In this document: piece after piece, positions 47,271 through 58,522 of the stretch
Layout of the letters: each line of letters starts with the position of its first letter
Position numbering within the stretch: position 1 is the stretch's first letter
NCBI GenBank assembly: GCA_963764165.1
Contig: CAVXRD010000004.1
Coordinates: 96,001 to 160,000, forward strand
Length of the DNA: 64,000 nt
DNA from: an uncultured Verrucomicrobiae bacterium
GTDB lineage: Bacteria; Verrucomicrobiota; Verrucomicrobiia; Limisphaerales; Palsa-1400
Direction: 5' to 3'
Position numbers and translations under genes: made by a program
The notes under the pieces: generated by a model
The model's input: the letters and a program-made list of their open reading frames with translations, nothing else
What the model was told of the DNA's origin: nothing
Databases searched by the model: none

Positions 47271-50200
47271 TAGCGTTTTCCTTTCTCGGCGCTTTCAGCG
47301 CCCGCCTCTGGCTCCACTTCTTCGTTGTAATTGCCCTTGATGAATTCTTCGGTCGTATAGGGCAAGGAATGTTCTTTGTGATCGGGCATTTCCGGATTGA
47401 GGTTGCGCACCCTGGCCAAATAGGTCAAACGGGGCTTCGTCAGCAGGAATTCCAAGACGGTGTAGGTTCGTTCCTGCGCTTTGGCTTTTTGGACGCTGCT
47501 CTCAGGGTCGGAAATATCGCCGAAGACAATGGCCCCGGCGGGACATGCCTGCTGGCAGGCGACCTTGGGAATGGTGCCTTCCTTCTCTGACAAGCGAATA
47601 TGATCTGTGTCGCGCGCCTTGACCTTGGCCGCGATCTTGGCCTGCTCGAGGCGCTGCACGCAAAAGCTGCACTTCTCCATGACACCGCGCATGCGCACGG
47701 AGACGTCCGGATTCTTCACCAGCTTGGTCAATTGCCACTCGTCCTCGGGCAAATTGCCTTTGTCCGGGTTCTTGAGCCAGCGCATCAAATCCCATTCGCC
47801 TTCCGTTGCAGTGACCAGCGGGCTCCAATACAGCGAATCGTGTTTGACCGGGTGTCGGTTGTAATCGAAAAAATTAAAGCGGCGAACCTTGTACGGGCAG
47901 TTGTTGGAGCAATAACGCGTTCCAACGCACCGATTGTAAGTCATCACGTTCAAGCCTTCGTCATCGTGTGACGTGGCGTTGACGGGGCAAACACTCTCGC
48001 ATGGGGCTGATTCGCAATGCTGGCAAAGCATGGGCTGGGTGACAGCCTGCGGGTCTTCCATCGGACCGGCGTAATAGCGGTCCAGGCGAATCCAGTGCAT
48101 TTCGCGGCTCTTGCCAACCATTTCCTTGCCAACGATCGGGATATTATTCTCGCTCTGGCAGGCGATCATGCAAGCGGAACAGCCGACGCACTTGTTCAAG
48201 TCGATCGACATGCCCCACTGATGCAGGCCGTTTGCCTTGGTTGTATCCAGAGGGTTCGGGTAAAGGGGATTGGAGCCTCCAGGCGGCACTTCCGGACGCA
48301 TCTTCTTTGCGAAGTCCGGGTTCTTCTTATATTCATCGAGGCTCGTTTCGCGCACGACCGGACGACCGTCCATGGTCCAGTGGCTTTGCGTATTGGCGAG
48401 TTCGTAGCTGACGTCATTCGTATCGGCCACCGTTGCTCCCGAAGCGTAATAAAGAGTTTCCGACGTGCGAAGCTTGTAACAATTAAATCCGGTGCCGGTC
48501 CCTACCCTGCCCGTTTTCTCGCGACCCCAGCCAAGCGCCAGACCAACAGTATTGTCGGCCATGCCGGGCTGAATCCAGAGCGGCGCGGTGATGCTGTGAC
48601 CATTCAACGTCACGGTTACCTTGTAATTGAAAAACTTCTGGTTCTGCGCGTTTTTCTCAAGGAATTCACCCAGTTGCCTGGCGGTGTTGGGGCTGACGGC
48701 TTTTGCCGTCGTCGGACTAAGTATTATGGCGTTGTCCCAAGTGATCTTGGTGATCGGATCGGGTAATTCCTGCAGCCAGCCGTTGTTGCTGTTGCGCCCG
48801 TCATCCATTTTGGCGTCGCGGAAGAACACCACGTCCAATTTGTCTTTGGTTGGAGCGGAACCGGTTTTCAATTCACCGAGCGCGGATGTCAACGCAGCGG
48901 GATTGTGCTGAACCGAGGCCGTGGCGGATGCGCTGCCCGCAAGGAACCCGTCATGGAGAAATTTTTTCCAATTGTCTTCGCTGTCGCCGCCCATGCCGCG
49001 GAATGTTTCGCGAACAATTTCGTAGGGGCTGCTTGGCGCAACACCGGCAAGGACGGCCAAAACTTCAAGTTCCGTAATGCCGCCAAACAAAGGATCAATC
49101 AACGGCTGGACTGGAACTACGGTTCCGTCGGCCGTCCGGCCATCGCCCCACGATTCGAGATAATGTGCCAGTGGCAAATCCCAATGGGTTACAGCATGGC
49201 GTTTCTTTGTGTGCAATTCCGGTTTCGAATCAGCCCACGAGGTTTCGTCGACATAGTAACCCAGACGAACCACCGTCTGCGCGTTCAACTGAGCGTCGGT
49301 CCAATTGAGATCGACTGGCGCGTTGTAAGCCGGATTCCCCCCAAGAATCACCAGCGTCTGCACCTGTCCGGCGTTCAATGCCGTGACCAACTCCGACAAA
49401 GTCGCCTCCTTGGCGTCCGCTGTCTTGTAAAATTCAACAGTGTGGCCCACCGCGCCCAACGCATCGTTGATCGCGATAACGAGAAGATGCGCCGCCATCG
49501 GCAGACGATAGCCGCCCATGACAAGCCCTTTGCTTCCGCTTGCCTTAAGATCTTTCGCGCAGGAGTCAATCCATGGAGCGTGAGCTTTCGCTGGAGCCGC
49601 GAGTTCAGCCAATTTGGCGTCGCTCGATCCAAGCACTCCCATCGCCAATTGCGCCAGCACCGGCACAACCAAGCTCGGAGGAACGCGCAAGCGATGATCC
49701 GAATTCAAGCCGGTCAAAGTGAAAAGCCCCTCGACAGTATACAGGCGGCTCATCGAACCGTCTTTGCTGTCAAGGGTGCGGCCTTTGGCGAAATCGCGGA
49801 TGTTGGCGTAGGCGTTCTGCTCGCTGCCGATAAAATCGCAGTCAATCGAAACAATGACCTCCGCTTTGTCGATTTTGTAAAACGGCTCGACCGGGCTGCC
49901 GTAAGCGAGCGAGGCGGCTTTCGACGCGATGTCCAAGTCAATCGGTTCGTAAACGTGCCATTTCGAGGCGGGAAATTTCGAGGCAATCGCCTTCTGCAAT
50001 CGAGCGCGTGACGGGGAATCGTTCTGCTCGACAAGGAACGCCAATCCAGAACCATCGCCGAGCGATTTGCCCAAGCTTGCCAGCGCATCCAGCGCAACTT
50101 TCTTATCGACGCCCGAACCGTTCTTCAGGCAACGCATGGCGCGGTCCGGATCGTAAAGGCTCAACAGCGAGGCTTGCGCCAAATGGTCTGTGCCGCCATT

Positions 50201-50593
50201 GCTGCCCGGAAGATCAGGATTGCCCTCGATTTTTACCGGGCGGCCATCGGTGGATTTCACCACCAGCGGAATCGCTTTGCGGCGAGTCGTTATGGATGTT
50301 GCGAAATACTGCGGGACGCCGTGAACGTAGTTCTCGGGCATCTTCGCGAAAGGATAAATGTGCTCTACCGGACGGCGGCAGCCAGTGGCGCCCAATCCCG
50401 CCAGGAGGAACGAGGCCGACATGATCTTGACGAAATTGCGCCGGGAAACGGGATCGACAAATTCGCTGGCCCCGGAAGGGAACTCGCGTTCCACCCATTG
50501 GCGGAATTCCGGAGTATCCTGCAATTGCTCCAAGCTGCGCCAGTATTTCGGGCCAGTCTCGGGTTCAGGACAAATGGGCGGAATTGTTTTCAT
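47270..50593 (-). CDS. actB: Alternative complex III subunit B (molybdopterin-oxidoreductase-like + Fe-S)
   Basis: YWRSLE, Tat [58 protein letters not shown]. Confidence 0.92.
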   Translation of the reverse strand: MKTIPPICPEPETGPKYWRSLEQLQDTPEFRQWVEREFPSGASEFVDPVSRRNFVKIMSASFLLAGLGATGCRRPVEHIYPFAKMPENYVHGVPQYFATSITTRRKAIPLVVKSTDGRPVKIEGNPDLPGSNGGTDHLAQASLLSLYDPDRAMRCLKNGSGVDKKVALDALASLGKSLGDGSGLAFLVEQNDSPSRARLQKAIASKFPASKWHVYEPIDLDIASKAASLAYGSPVEPFYKIDKAEVIVSIDCDFIGSEQNAYANIRDFAKGRTLDSKDGSMSRLYTVEGLFTLTGLNSDHRLRVPPSLVVPVLAQLAMGVLGSSDAKLAELAAPAKAHAPWIDSCAKDLKASGSKGLVMGGYRLPMAAHLLVIAINDALGAVGHTVEFYKTADAKEATLSELVTALNAGQVQTLVILGGNPAYNAPVDLNWTDAQLNAQTVVRLGYYVDETSWADSKPELHTKKRHAVTHWDLPLAHYLESWGDGRTADGTVVPVQPLIDPLFGGITELEVLAVLAGVAPSSPYEIVRETFRGMGGDSEDNWKKFLHDGFLAGSASATASVQHNPAALTSALGELKTGSAPTKDKLDVVFFRDAKMDDGRNSNNGWLQELPDPITKITWDNAIILSPTTAKAVSPNTARQLGEFLEKNAQNQKFFNYKVTVTLNGHSITAPLWIQPGMADNTVGLALGWGREKTGRVGTGTGFNCYKLRTSETLYYASGATVADTNDVSYELANTQSHWTMDGRPVVRETSLDEYKKNPDFAKKMRPEVPPGGSNPLYPNPLDTTKANGLHQWGMSIDLNKCVGCSACMIACQSENNIPIVGKEMVGKSREMHWIRLDRYYAGPMEDPQAVTQPMLCQHCESAPCESVCPVNATSHDDEGLNVMTYNRCVGTRYCSNNCPYKVRRFNFFDYNRHPVKHDSLYWSPLVTATEGEWDLMRWLKNPDKGNLPEDEWQLTKLVKNPDVSVRMRGVMEKCSFCVQRLEQAKIAAKVKARDTDHIRLSEKEGTIPKVACQQACPAGAIVFGDISDPESSVQKAKAQERTYTVLEFLLTKPRLTYLARVRNLNPEMPDHKEHSLPYTTEEFIKGNYNEEVEPEAGAESAEKGKR

Positions 50594-51258
50594 CGATGAC
50601 AGGTCGAGCAAGTTTGCAGCGATTGGACATGCCAGTGATTGACGATTTCGGTTCCCTTCTGCAATTGAACCTCAGCGACTTTGGACATATCGCTCGTCGG
50701 CTTCCAATCCAAGTCCGTGATTTTGTCGAGCGGGCGAACATGCGCCGCCGGGTCGCGGTGGCAATCAAGGCAGAACGTCATGCTGAACGGCTTGGCGTGA
50801 TACACTTCGTCCATGTTGTTGATCTGGCCGTGGCACTCGACACAACTGACGCCGCGGTTGACGTGGACGGAGTGATTGAAATAGGCGTAATCGGGCAGTT
50901 TGTGAATCTGCACCCATTCGATGGGTTTGCCGGTGGCCGCGCTTTCGCGGACAGGCGCGAGACGTGGATCGTCTTTCAGCACCTGATTGTGGCAGTTCAT
51001 GCAGACTGAAGTGGCCGGGATGTTGGAATACCAGGATTTTTCGACGCCGTTATGGCAATAGCGGCAATCGAGCCCCAACTGCTTGACGTGGACGCTGTGC
51101 GGGAACGCAACCGGCTGGATCGGCTGGTAGCCCACGCGCGTGTATTTGGGCGTGAAATAATATGTCACGCCGCCGGCCACGGCGGTGCCCATCAACAGCG
51201 CGCCAACAATGATTTGGCGCGGCAGCCGATTTGTCCACTTTGGAAAAATATCCGACAT
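50590..51258 (-). CDS. actA: Alternative complex III pentaheme cytochrome c subunit A
   Basis: Five CxxCH motifs (CRYCH, CMNCH, CVECH, CLDCH, CSTCH) and an N-terminal TM. Confidence 0.9.
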   Translation of the reverse strand: MSDIFPKWTNRLPRQIIVGALLMGTAVAGGVTYYFTPKYTRVGYQPIQPVAFPHSVHVKQLGLDCRYCHNGVEKSWYSNIPATSVCMNCHNQVLKDDPRLAPVRESAATGKPIEWVQIHKLPDYAYFNHSVHVNRGVSCVECHGQINNMDEVYHAKPFSMTFCLDCHRDPAAHVRPLDKITDLDWKPTSDMSKVAEVQLQKGTEIVNHWHVQSLQTCSTCHR

Positions 51259-51467
51259 CTCAGTGCGTATCTTTCGTCGTCAACTGAACTTCCCAATAAA
51301 ACTGGCGGCGATTTTTCTTGCCGCGAGGCCGCTCGTCAACACATTTCGTGACACTACCGCAACGAACGGCATTAGCAAAACTTTCCGCAAATTCGGCGCA
51401 AAGATAAGCAATCCTTTTGAACCGTGGCATCTTAATTAAGGAGTTCCGCCCCCGCTGGCAAGAGACT

Positions 51468-51485
51468 TTGTGAAATTTTTCACGA
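51468..51485. promoter_or_regulatory. Rex-like operator upstream of the act operon
   Basis: TTGTGAA-ATTT-TTCACGA, one mismatch from the Rex consensus TTGTGAA-N4-TTCACAA. Confidence 0.65.
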
Positions 51486-51894
51486 ATTAGGCGGCTTTAA
51501 TCTTCGGCATTAGCGGCGATGAAAGCCACGCGGGCATTCTTGCCAGGCTGTCAGGCGCATATGGCTGCCCGCAACGGGCGCCAAACTGAAGGTGTCAGAC
51601 TAATTCTACTTTTGTTTCCGTGGTTTGGAAGGCCTCCATGCAACCTCTTTTTCCAAGGAAAAGCGGACGAGCGGAGACCGGTCCCCGCGAAATGTAACGG
51701 GTGTCACGGCTATTTGGAGATTATATGGCATGCGAGCACAGTTTGACACGCGCGGAAGAAGCCGGTTCTGGCAGAAGTTCTGCCGACGCGGCGTCAACCA
51801 TTTAATTAAGCTGCTCAATTGACGTCGGGCGAAAACCGTGAAATGTTAGTGGCGCGACACAAAACGCCCCCCAAGCTGAGCACGAAAGCATAAA

Positions 51895-52500
51895 ATGTTG
51901 TTTTGTAATTATTTGACGGCTCCAGACGGGCAGCGCTTCCGCGTGCGCCGCAAAAGGAACCGGGCGTTTTTCAATTGCCTCTGGCTGGTTTTTCCGCTTC
52001 TGCTGGCCGTCTCGTGCGGCACGGCCACGACGTTCCGGTCCGACGGCCAGCCGTCCCGATCACCCTCAAAACTTTACCGCGCCTATGTCTCAAACGGCCT
52101 CGATCATCTCGGCGAACCCGAAAAGCGCCTGGTCATTGTATCCGCTCGCAGCCAGGCAAGAATTTATGAGCAGGCCATCCAGCGGCGCCCGGAATTGGTC
52201 TGGTCGCCGGACGAGAACATGGTGGCCGTCATCGAGGGGCTGGAGGCCAACGAAAACAGAATTGTCGTCGTCCGTCTTCCCACCGGCGAGCGCGAAATGG
52301 AAGTGTCGCGAGACAACGCAAGGACGCTCGATTCCAAATCCCCTTCGGTGCAACTTTACAGTCATGTCTATTTTTCGAATGTGAAGTGGTCCAACCGCCG
52401 CCAATTCAGCGCGACGATTGACGCTTGCGATCCATTTTGGCCAAACGTGCCGGAGACAAGCACGGCGAGATGTGATTTTGTGGTGGGACAGCGCGAGTAG
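51895..52500 (+). CDS. Hypothetical lipoprotein
   Basis: LLLAVSC lipobox-like; WSPD beta-propeller-type motif. Start may be GTG at 51943. Confidence 0.55.
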   Translation: MLFCNYLTAPDGQRFRVRRKRNRAFFNCLWLVFPLLLAVSCGTATTFRSDGQPSRSPSKLYRAYVSNGLDHLGEPEKRLVIVSARSQARIYEQAIQRRPELVWSPDENMVAVIEGLEANENRIVVVRLPTGEREMEVSRDNARTLDSKSPSVQLYSHVYFSNVKWSNRRQFSATIDACDPFWPNVPETSTARCDFVVGQRE

Positions 52501-52517
52501 CGCGGAATGTTAGCAAA

Positions 52518-52541
52518 GCTCGGCAGGAGCCTCGCCCTGCC
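52518..52541. repeat. REP, second family (GG[T/C]AGGGCGAG.CTCC..CGAGC)
   Basis: Similar to the copies at 58249-58272 and 60080-60103. Confidence 0.55.
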
Positions 52542-52563
52542 GATTTTTTGGGGCTGGCGAGCT

Positions 52564-53067
52564 TCATACCAATTCCGGCAACCCTTGTTTTGACAGCGCG
52601 ACAAGCGCGTCACCCGTCAGCCGCTGCACCGTCCATTCCGACATCGGTTGCGCTCCGATGGATCGGTAGAATTCGATGGAAGGCTTGTTCCAATCCAGCA
52701 CCGACCACTCGAATCGCCCGCAGTCACGCGCCACCGCCAAACGCGCGATGTAAATCATCATCGCCTTGCCGCAGCCGCGTCCGCGGCATTCCGGTTTGAC
52801 ATAGACATCCTCGAGATAAATTCCCGGCTTGCCGAGGAAGGTGGAAAAATTCTGGAAGAAGAGCGCGAAACCGATATCCACCCCGTTTTCCGAAGCCAGG
52901 ATCACTTCCGCCCGCGCGCGAGGGCCAAATAAATTTTGTTTTAGCAACTCCTCAGTCGCGGTCACTTCGTGTGACAATTTTTCATAGGCGGCCAAGTCCT
53001 TGATGAAATTGAGAATTGCGCCCACGTCAGCCGGAGTAGCCGGGCGTATTTGGAATCGGCATTCCAT
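52564..53067 (-). CDS. GNAT N-acetyltransferase (SSAT-like)
   Basis: FSTFLGKPGIYLEDVYV, RGRGCG, WSVLDWN. Confidence 0.9.
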   Translation of the reverse strand: MECRFQIRPATPADVGAILNFIKDLAAYEKLSHEVTATEELLKQNLFGPRARAEVILASENGVDIGFALFFQNFSTFLGKPGIYLEDVYVKPECRGRGCGKAMMIYIARLAVARDCGRFEWSVLDWNKPSIEFYRSIGAQPMSEWTVQRLTGDALVALSKQGLPELV

Positions 53068-53074
53068 AACCGTT

Positions 53075-54358
53075 TTAGCTTAATTCCGCAAACGATTCCT
53101 TCGCCGCGGCGACGGTTTTTTCGATGTCCGCCATCGTGTGCGCGGCGGAAATAAAACCCGCCTCAAATTGCGAGGGCGCCAGATAGACTCCGCGTTTCAG
53201 CATCGCGTGAAAATACTTTGCGAAACGCGCGCGGTCACTCTTCATGGCGTCGGCTAAATTGTGAACTGGTTCGGGCGTAAGGTATCCGCAGAACATCGAG
53301 CCCAGGCGATTAAACCGCACTGGAACTCCCGCCGCCTTGGCCGCACGGCTCATGCCGTCTTCAAGGGCTGCGCCGAGTTGCTCCAATTTTGCGTAGACGT
53401 TTCCATCGGCCAATTCCTCCAGCGCGGCTATTCCCGCCGCCATCGCAAGGGGATTTCCGCTCAACGTTCCTGCCTGATACACCGGCCCGAGCGGCGCAAG
53501 AAAATCCATGATCTCCGCGCGGCCGCCGAAGGCGCCGACCGGCAAGCCGCCGCCGATGATTTTGCCGAAGCAACTCAAATCCGGGCGCATCCCGAATCGC
53601 TCCTGCGCCCCGCCAAAAGCCAGTCGAAAACCAGTCATCACTTCGTCAAATATAAGAAGCGAACCCGCCGTCGCCGTGATCTCGCGCAGAAACTCAAGAT
53701 AGCCGGGTTTGGGCAGGTAAAGTCCGGCGTTGCCGGGCACCGGTTCGACAATGATTCCCGCGATTTGCCCAACGTTGGCTGCGAAAGCCGCCTTCACTGG
53801 CTCAATTTCATTGAACGGCAGAACGATGGTGTGCTGCGTGAAGGCGGCAGGCACGCCGGCGCTGTCGGGATTTCCGAATGTCAGCGCGCCCGAACCGGCT
53901 TTCACTAACAGCGAATCCGCGTGCCCGTGGTAACAGCCGTCGAACTTGATGATTTTGTCGCGGCCAGTGAATCCGCGCGCGAGGCGGATGGCCGACATGC
54001 ACGCCTCGGTGCCGGAATTGCACATCCGCACTTTCTGAACGCTTGGCGCGGCTTGGCAGACCAGTTGCGCCATCTTGACTTCCAGCGGGTTGGGAATTCC
54101 GAAGCTCGTCCCCTGCTCTGCCGCCGCCTGAACTGCCTTGACGATTTTGGCGGGCGCGTGCCCTAGAATCGCCGGGCCCCAGGTGCCGACGTAATCCACA
54201 TATTCATTTCCATCGACGTCGAAGACGTGCGCGCCCTTCGCCTTGTTTACAAATATAGGATTGCCGCCCACGGCCCGAAAGGCGCGAACGGGCGAATTGA
54301 CACCGCCGGGAATGTATTTGAGAGCTTCCGCGAAGAGTTGTTCGGAACGTGTTGCCAT
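53075..54358 (-). CDS. hemL: Glutamate-1-semialdehyde 2,1-aminomutase
   Basis: [50 protein letters not shown]. Confidence 0.95.
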   Translation of the reverse strand: MATRSEQLFAEALKYIPGGVNSPVRAFRAVGGNPIFVNKAKGAHVFDVDGNEYVDYVGTWGPAILGHAPAKIVKAVQAAAEQGTSFGIPNPLEVKMAQLVCQAAPSVQKVRMCNSGTEACMSAIRLARGFTGRDKIIKFDGCYHGHADSLLVKAGSGALTFGNPDSAGVPAAFTQHTIVLPFNEIEPVKAAFAANVGQIAGIIVEPVPGNAGLYLPKPGYLEFLREITATAGSLLIFDEVMTGFRLAFGGAQERFGMRPDLSCFGKIIGGGLPVGAFGGRAEIMDFLAPLGPVYQAGTLSGNPLAMAAGIAALEELADGNVYAKLEQLGAALEDGMSRAAKAAGVPVRFNRLGSMFCGYLTPEPVHNLADAMKSDRARFAKYFHAMLKRGVYLAPSQFEAGFISAAHTMADIEKTVAAAKESFAELS

Positions 54359-54371
54359 GTGATTGAAATTT

Positions 54372-56009
54372 CTAAATGCCTCGATACCGCTGCGCAATCG
54401 GGAATCTTCGCCCGACGCCAAACGCCTTGCTGGTCACTTTCAAGCCGGGCGCGGCTTGGCGGCGTTTGTATTCGTTGACGTCGATCAAACGAATAACCCG
54501 CCGCACGGTGTCCGCCTCAAACCCAGATTCGATAATCTCGGCGGGCGAACGTCCGCTGACAACGTATTGCTCCAAAATGGCGTCGAGAATTTCGTAAGGC
54601 GGCAGCGAATCCTGATCCGTTTGGTTCGGTCGCAATTCCGCCGAGGGCGGTTTCGTGATGGAGGCCTCGGGTATGATTTCCCTCTCGCGATTGATCCAGC
54701 GGGCGAGACGGTAGACGGTCGTCTTTGGAACGTCGCTGATGACCGCGAGGCCGCCGCACATATCGCCGTAAAGGGTACAGTAGCCGACCGCGAGTTCGCT
54801 CTTGTTGCCGGTCGTCAACAACAGCGAGCCGAATTTATTGGAGAGAGACATCAGAATGATGCCGCGCAAGCGCGCTTGAATATTTTCCTCGGTCGTGTCT
54901 TCGGGCCGCCCGGCGAAAGCTGCTGTCACCTGCTTTTTAACCGCCTCAAATGGCGGTTGAATCGGGATGACATCGTAGCGGATGCCAAGCCGTTTTGCGA
55001 GCAGCGCCGCGTCGTCCAAACTGCCCTGCGACGAAAATTGAGACGGCAGCGAAACTCCGTGAACATTCTCCGCGCCCAACGCCGCCACCGCGAGGCACGC
55101 AACCAGCGCGGAATCAATGCCGCCACTCAGGCCCAGCACGGCGGATTTGAAACCGCACTTTTGGAAATAATCGCGAAGTCCGAGAACAAGGGCGTTGTAA
55201 ATGTCCTCTTCCTCTGACGCGGCAACGTGCGGCAACGGCGGGCTTGTTTCAGTGTCAATTACAAAAAAATCCTCCGCGAACGATTTTCCCTGCGCAATCA
55301 TTTCGCCTTTCCCGTTGAAGACAAGACTGCTGCCGTCGAAAATCAACTCGTCATTCCCGCCAATCAAATTGCACAGAGCCACCGGGCGGCCGGATTTGCA
55401 GGCCAGGCTCGACAGAAGATTGTAACGCAACTGCTGTTTACCCACGTTCCAAGGCGAAGCGGAAATGTTGAAGATTTGCCGCGCGCCCGCCGCCAGCACG
55501 TCGCCGATGGGATTATACCGGTAACGCCGATGCGGCCAGAAATCTTCGTCGTTCCAGATGTCTTCGCAAATCGTCATGCCGGACGGCTGGCCGCCGATGG
55601 TGACCGGCGAATTCGTCGGAGCAGGTTCGAAATAGCGATCTTCATCGAAGACGTCGTAGGTTGGCAAAAGCGCCTTGGTGCGGGTCGCGATGATTTTTCC
55701 GTTTTGCAGCAGCGCGGCTTGGTTGGTGACTTCACGTCCGGGATTGCTTTTGTTTTCGCCGACGAATCCGACCACCATCGCGGTCGGACCGCTGGCGGCG
55801 GCGAGGCGCTGCAGCACTGCGAGGTTTCCGCTGACAAAATCCCGTTTCAACAGCAAATCCCGCGGCGGATAACCAGTGATCGTCAGCTCGGGAAAAAGCA
55901 CCAACTCGGCCCCCCCTGCTCTCGCCCGTTCCGCATATTCCAGGATTTTTGCTTCGTTGCCGGCGAGATCGCCAACGGTGGTATTAATTTGGGCCAGCGC
56001 AAGTTTCAC
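54372..56009 (-). CDS. nadE: Glutamine-dependent NAD+ synthetase
   Basis: FPEL, ICEDIW, LSGGIDS, ENIQAR, TGNKSE, PPSAEL. GTG start. Confidence 0.95.
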   Translation of the reverse strand: MKLALAQINTTVGDLAGNEAKILEYAERARAGGAELVLFPELTITGYPPRDLLLKRDFVSGNLAVLQRLAAASGPTAMVVGFVGENKSNPGREVTNQAALLQNGKIIATRTKALLPTYDVFDEDRYFEPAPTNSPVTIGGQPSGMTICEDIWNDEDFWPHRRYRYNPIGDVLAAGARQIFNISASPWNVGKQQLRYNLLSSLACKSGRPVALCNLIGGNDELIFDGSSLVFNGKGEMIAQGKSFAEDFFVIDTETSPPLPHVAASEEEDIYNALVLGLRDYFQKCGFKSAVLGLSGGIDSALVACLAVAALGAENVHGVSLPSQFSSQGSLDDAALLAKRLGIRYDVIPIQPPFEAVKKQVTAAFAGRPEDTTEENIQARLRGIILMSLSNKFGSLLLTTGNKSELAVGYCTLYGDMCGGLAVISDVPKTTVYRLARWINREREIIPEASITKPPSAELRPNQTDQDSLPPYEILDAILEQYVVSGRSPAEIIESGFEADTVRRVIRLIDVNEYKRRQAAPGLKVTSKAFGVGRRFPIAQRYRGI

Positions 56010-56590
56010 TGGGCTCTCCGAAAAGTTGCTTGCAACGTTCCGTGCTCCGTCATCACTGTGGTGCCAACCACGATGTGATGGCGCGCGAACCAGTCCTTGT
56101 TCATTTCCAGCACGTATAAAATATTGCCAGCCGTGGAAGTCACGGAATTCGTGTCGAATGGGTGAAGGTCGTGAATTTCCAGGATTTGGCCCGCCGGATC
56201 GATGAAGCCGGCGGTCAAGGGCAGCGGACAATTGGCCATCCAGAAGCTGGCTTGCTGCGGGAAAGGCAGCGGGAAAATCATGCCGTTGTTTTCGGGCATG
56301 TTGGTGCGGAACATCATTCCGGTTTGATCCTGGATGGGAGTGATCGCCATTTCCGCAGTCACCTCAGCCGCTCCCATCCAGAGGCGGATGGTGGGCAGCG
56401 GCCCCTGCGCCTGCGTCGGCACCTTGTGGCCGAAGCCATCCTCGGTGACGGGCTTGAACGGCTTGCCGTCCAATCCGACCGGCAAGGGCGCGGCCGCCGT
56501 CGTGGAATTTGCGCCCGGCGGCGCGGACTTCGGGCTGCACCCGGCCACGATCACCATCGCCAAACACACCATGCCTCGCACTTTTTGCAT
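56006..56590 (-). CDS. DUF192 family lipoprotein
   Basis: VAGC lipobox, GMMFR, GMIF, FWM, YVLEMN. Confidence 0.85.
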   Translation of the reverse strand: MQKVRGMVCLAMVIVAGCSPKSAPPGANSTTAAAPLPVGLDGKPFKPVTEDGFGHKVPTQAQGPLPTIRLWMGAAEVTAEMAITPIQDQTGMMFRTNMPENNGMIFPLPFPQQASFWMANCPLPLTAGFIDPAGQILEIHDLHPFDTNSVTSTAGNILYVLEMNKDWFARHHIVVGTTVMTEHGTLQATFRRAQ

Positions 56591-56680
56591 CAATCCAAGA
56601 TGCGGGGAAGAAAAGGCAATTTCAATCACGCACTTGCGCGTCGGCAGGATTAAGGCAACCTTCAATGCGTTACTGTCAAT

Positions 56681-58237
56681 ATGCGAAACCATATGTTGTG
56701 GAGGCTGGTTTTATTTTTAAGCGCCGCGTGTTTCCTTGGCTTTGCGCCGGTAGCGCGCGCGGGAGACTTGGATACCATGGGAGTCACGCTCCTTCGCGCA
56801 AGCCACTCGAGTCTGGCTGGGACGGGCGTGATCGTCGCCCAGCCGGAGGCCATGGTTGCGCAGGCGGCATTCGAGGTGAATCCCGCTGCGGTGGGCGAAC
56901 CGGAAAGCTTGTTCGACTGGATTTCCACCAACGGCGCGTCGGCCGTTTTTCCTAATATTGAAGGATACGAATCCGGGCATGCCGATTTTGTGGCAGACTG
57001 TTTTTATGCTTCCGGCGGCGTCGCCACAAACGTCGCCCACGTCGACAATTATGAAGCGGACTATTTCGTCCAGTATGTGGTGCAAACCAACGCGCCAATC
57101 GATGACGAAGTCGTCAACCAGAGTTTCGCATTCTTTGCGGGCCCGCCCGAGCAGCAGGAAATCGACTCCATTTACGATGATTACACCAGCATGTTCGGCA
57201 CGATCTTTGCCTCTGCGCCGAATAATTATAACAATAGTGTTGGCCCGCCCGGGACGGCTTACAACTGCATTGGTGTCGGCGCATATGGAGCCGGCGCGGT
57301 CATTACGGATGGGCCGACGCAAGATAACGGGCGATCAAAGCCGGACATCGTCGCCCCGGGAGTTGAGACGAGTTTCACCACGCCTTATGTGGCGGGCGCC
57401 GCCGCCGTCTTGCTGCAAGCGGCAACCGAAGGATATGCGGGGGACGATGCCAGCGCCGCCGCGGACGTGCGGACGATCAAAGCCATCCTCCTTAACAGCG
57501 CCTTGAAGCCTTTCGATTGGACTCACACCACCACCGCCCCTCTGGACACGCGCTATGGCGCCGGCGTTTTGAATTTGTATTACGCCTATCAGCAATTCTC
57601 GGCCGGAGAGTTTTCAGACACAACCGAATCGACGGTTCTCTCCGGTGCGGCGCACCCCCCCGTCGCATCCGGAACGCCCACTGCATCGACGCAGGGTTGG
57701 AATTTTAAGACGGTGAACATCGGACTTCTCCGGGACACTGTCGATCATTACGTGTTCAACATCACGTCGAACTCAACCGCGACCGCGACGCTTGATTGGG
57801 AGCGTCAAAATGGCGAAACCAATATTAACAACCTTGAACTTTTCCTTTACAACGCGACGAACGGCGCGCTGATCGCGTCGAGCGTCAGCATGGTGGACAA
57901 CGTCCAACACATTTATGTGCCGCATCTGCCGCCGGGGAAATACGATTTGGAAGTGGTGGCGCTCTACGCCAATTCGGTCAGTTCCACGGAAACGTATGCG
58001 TTGGCGTTTCAATTCTTTGGAATGTCGCCGCCGAAGATCTCCGTGACCGAAACGGGCGGGAATACCGTTCTTACGTGGCCATGGTCTCCGACGGTTTATA
58101 CGCTGCAAGAGGCTTCAAGGTTAGGCAAGCCATCACCGTGGACAAACGTAACCGCGCAACAGTGGATCACCAACACGACAGTTTGGGCCAGCGTCACCAA
58201 CACCGGGAATACCGCCTATTTCCGACTGGTGCGGTGA
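56681..58237 (+). CDS. Secreted S8 (subtilisin-like) peptidase with C-terminal sorting-like domain
   Basis: Signal peptide, SGHA, KPDIVAPG, TSFTTPYVAG, KAILLNSA, YGAG; ends in YFRLVR. Confidence 0.8.
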   Translation: MRNHMLWRLVLFLSAACFLGFAPVARAGDLDTMGVTLLRASHSSLAGTGVIVAQPEAMVAQAAFEVNPAAVGEPESLFDWISTNGASAVFPNIEGYESGHADFVADCFYASGGVATNVAHVDNYEADYFVQYVVQTNAPIDDEVVNQSFAFFAGPPEQQEIDSIYDDYTSMFGTIFASAPNNYNNSVGPPGTAYNCIGVGAYGAGAVITDGPTQDNGRSKPDIVAPGVETSFTTPYVAGAAAVLLQAATEGYAGDDASAAADVRTIKAILLNSALKPFDWTHTTTAPLDTRYGAGVLNLYYAYQQFSAGEFSDTTESTVLSGAAHPPVASGTPTASTQGWNFKTVNIGLLRDTVDHYVFNITSNSTATATLDWERQNGETNINNLELFLYNATNGALIASSVSMVDNVQHIYVPHLPPGKYDLEVVALYANSVSSTETYALAFQFFGMSPPKISVTETGGNTVLTWPWSPTVYTLQEASRLGKPSPWTNVTAQQWITNTTVWASVTNTGNTAYFRLVR

Positions 58238-58388
58238 GCCAGCCCCTCGGTAGGGCAATACTCTATCGAGCCCCGGTCAGATTCCATGACGCGCCACGCG
58301 GAAGTTGCACAAAATCCAACGTGAAATCGACAGCGTCCCATCCATTGGCGGCAGCCTAAAACGCAACAACGAAAATTTGCAGGAAACT

Positions 58389-58477
58389 CAACAGAAGGGA
58401 ACGAAGTGAACGAAGAGGGACAAGTCCTTTGGTCGGCGGTGTTCTCCCTCCTTCGTTGGCTTCGTTTCCTTCTGTTG
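58389..58477. repeat. Long imperfect inverted repeat between convergent genes
   Basis: CAACAGAAGGGAACGAAGTGAACGAAG (58389-58415) vs CTTCGTTGGCTTCGTTTCCTTCTGTTG (58451-58477). Confidence 0.7.
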
Positions 58478-58522
58478 GCACTTCTTCCTGAGTTCCTGAG
58501 TTCCAGATTCATTTTGTCCCAG

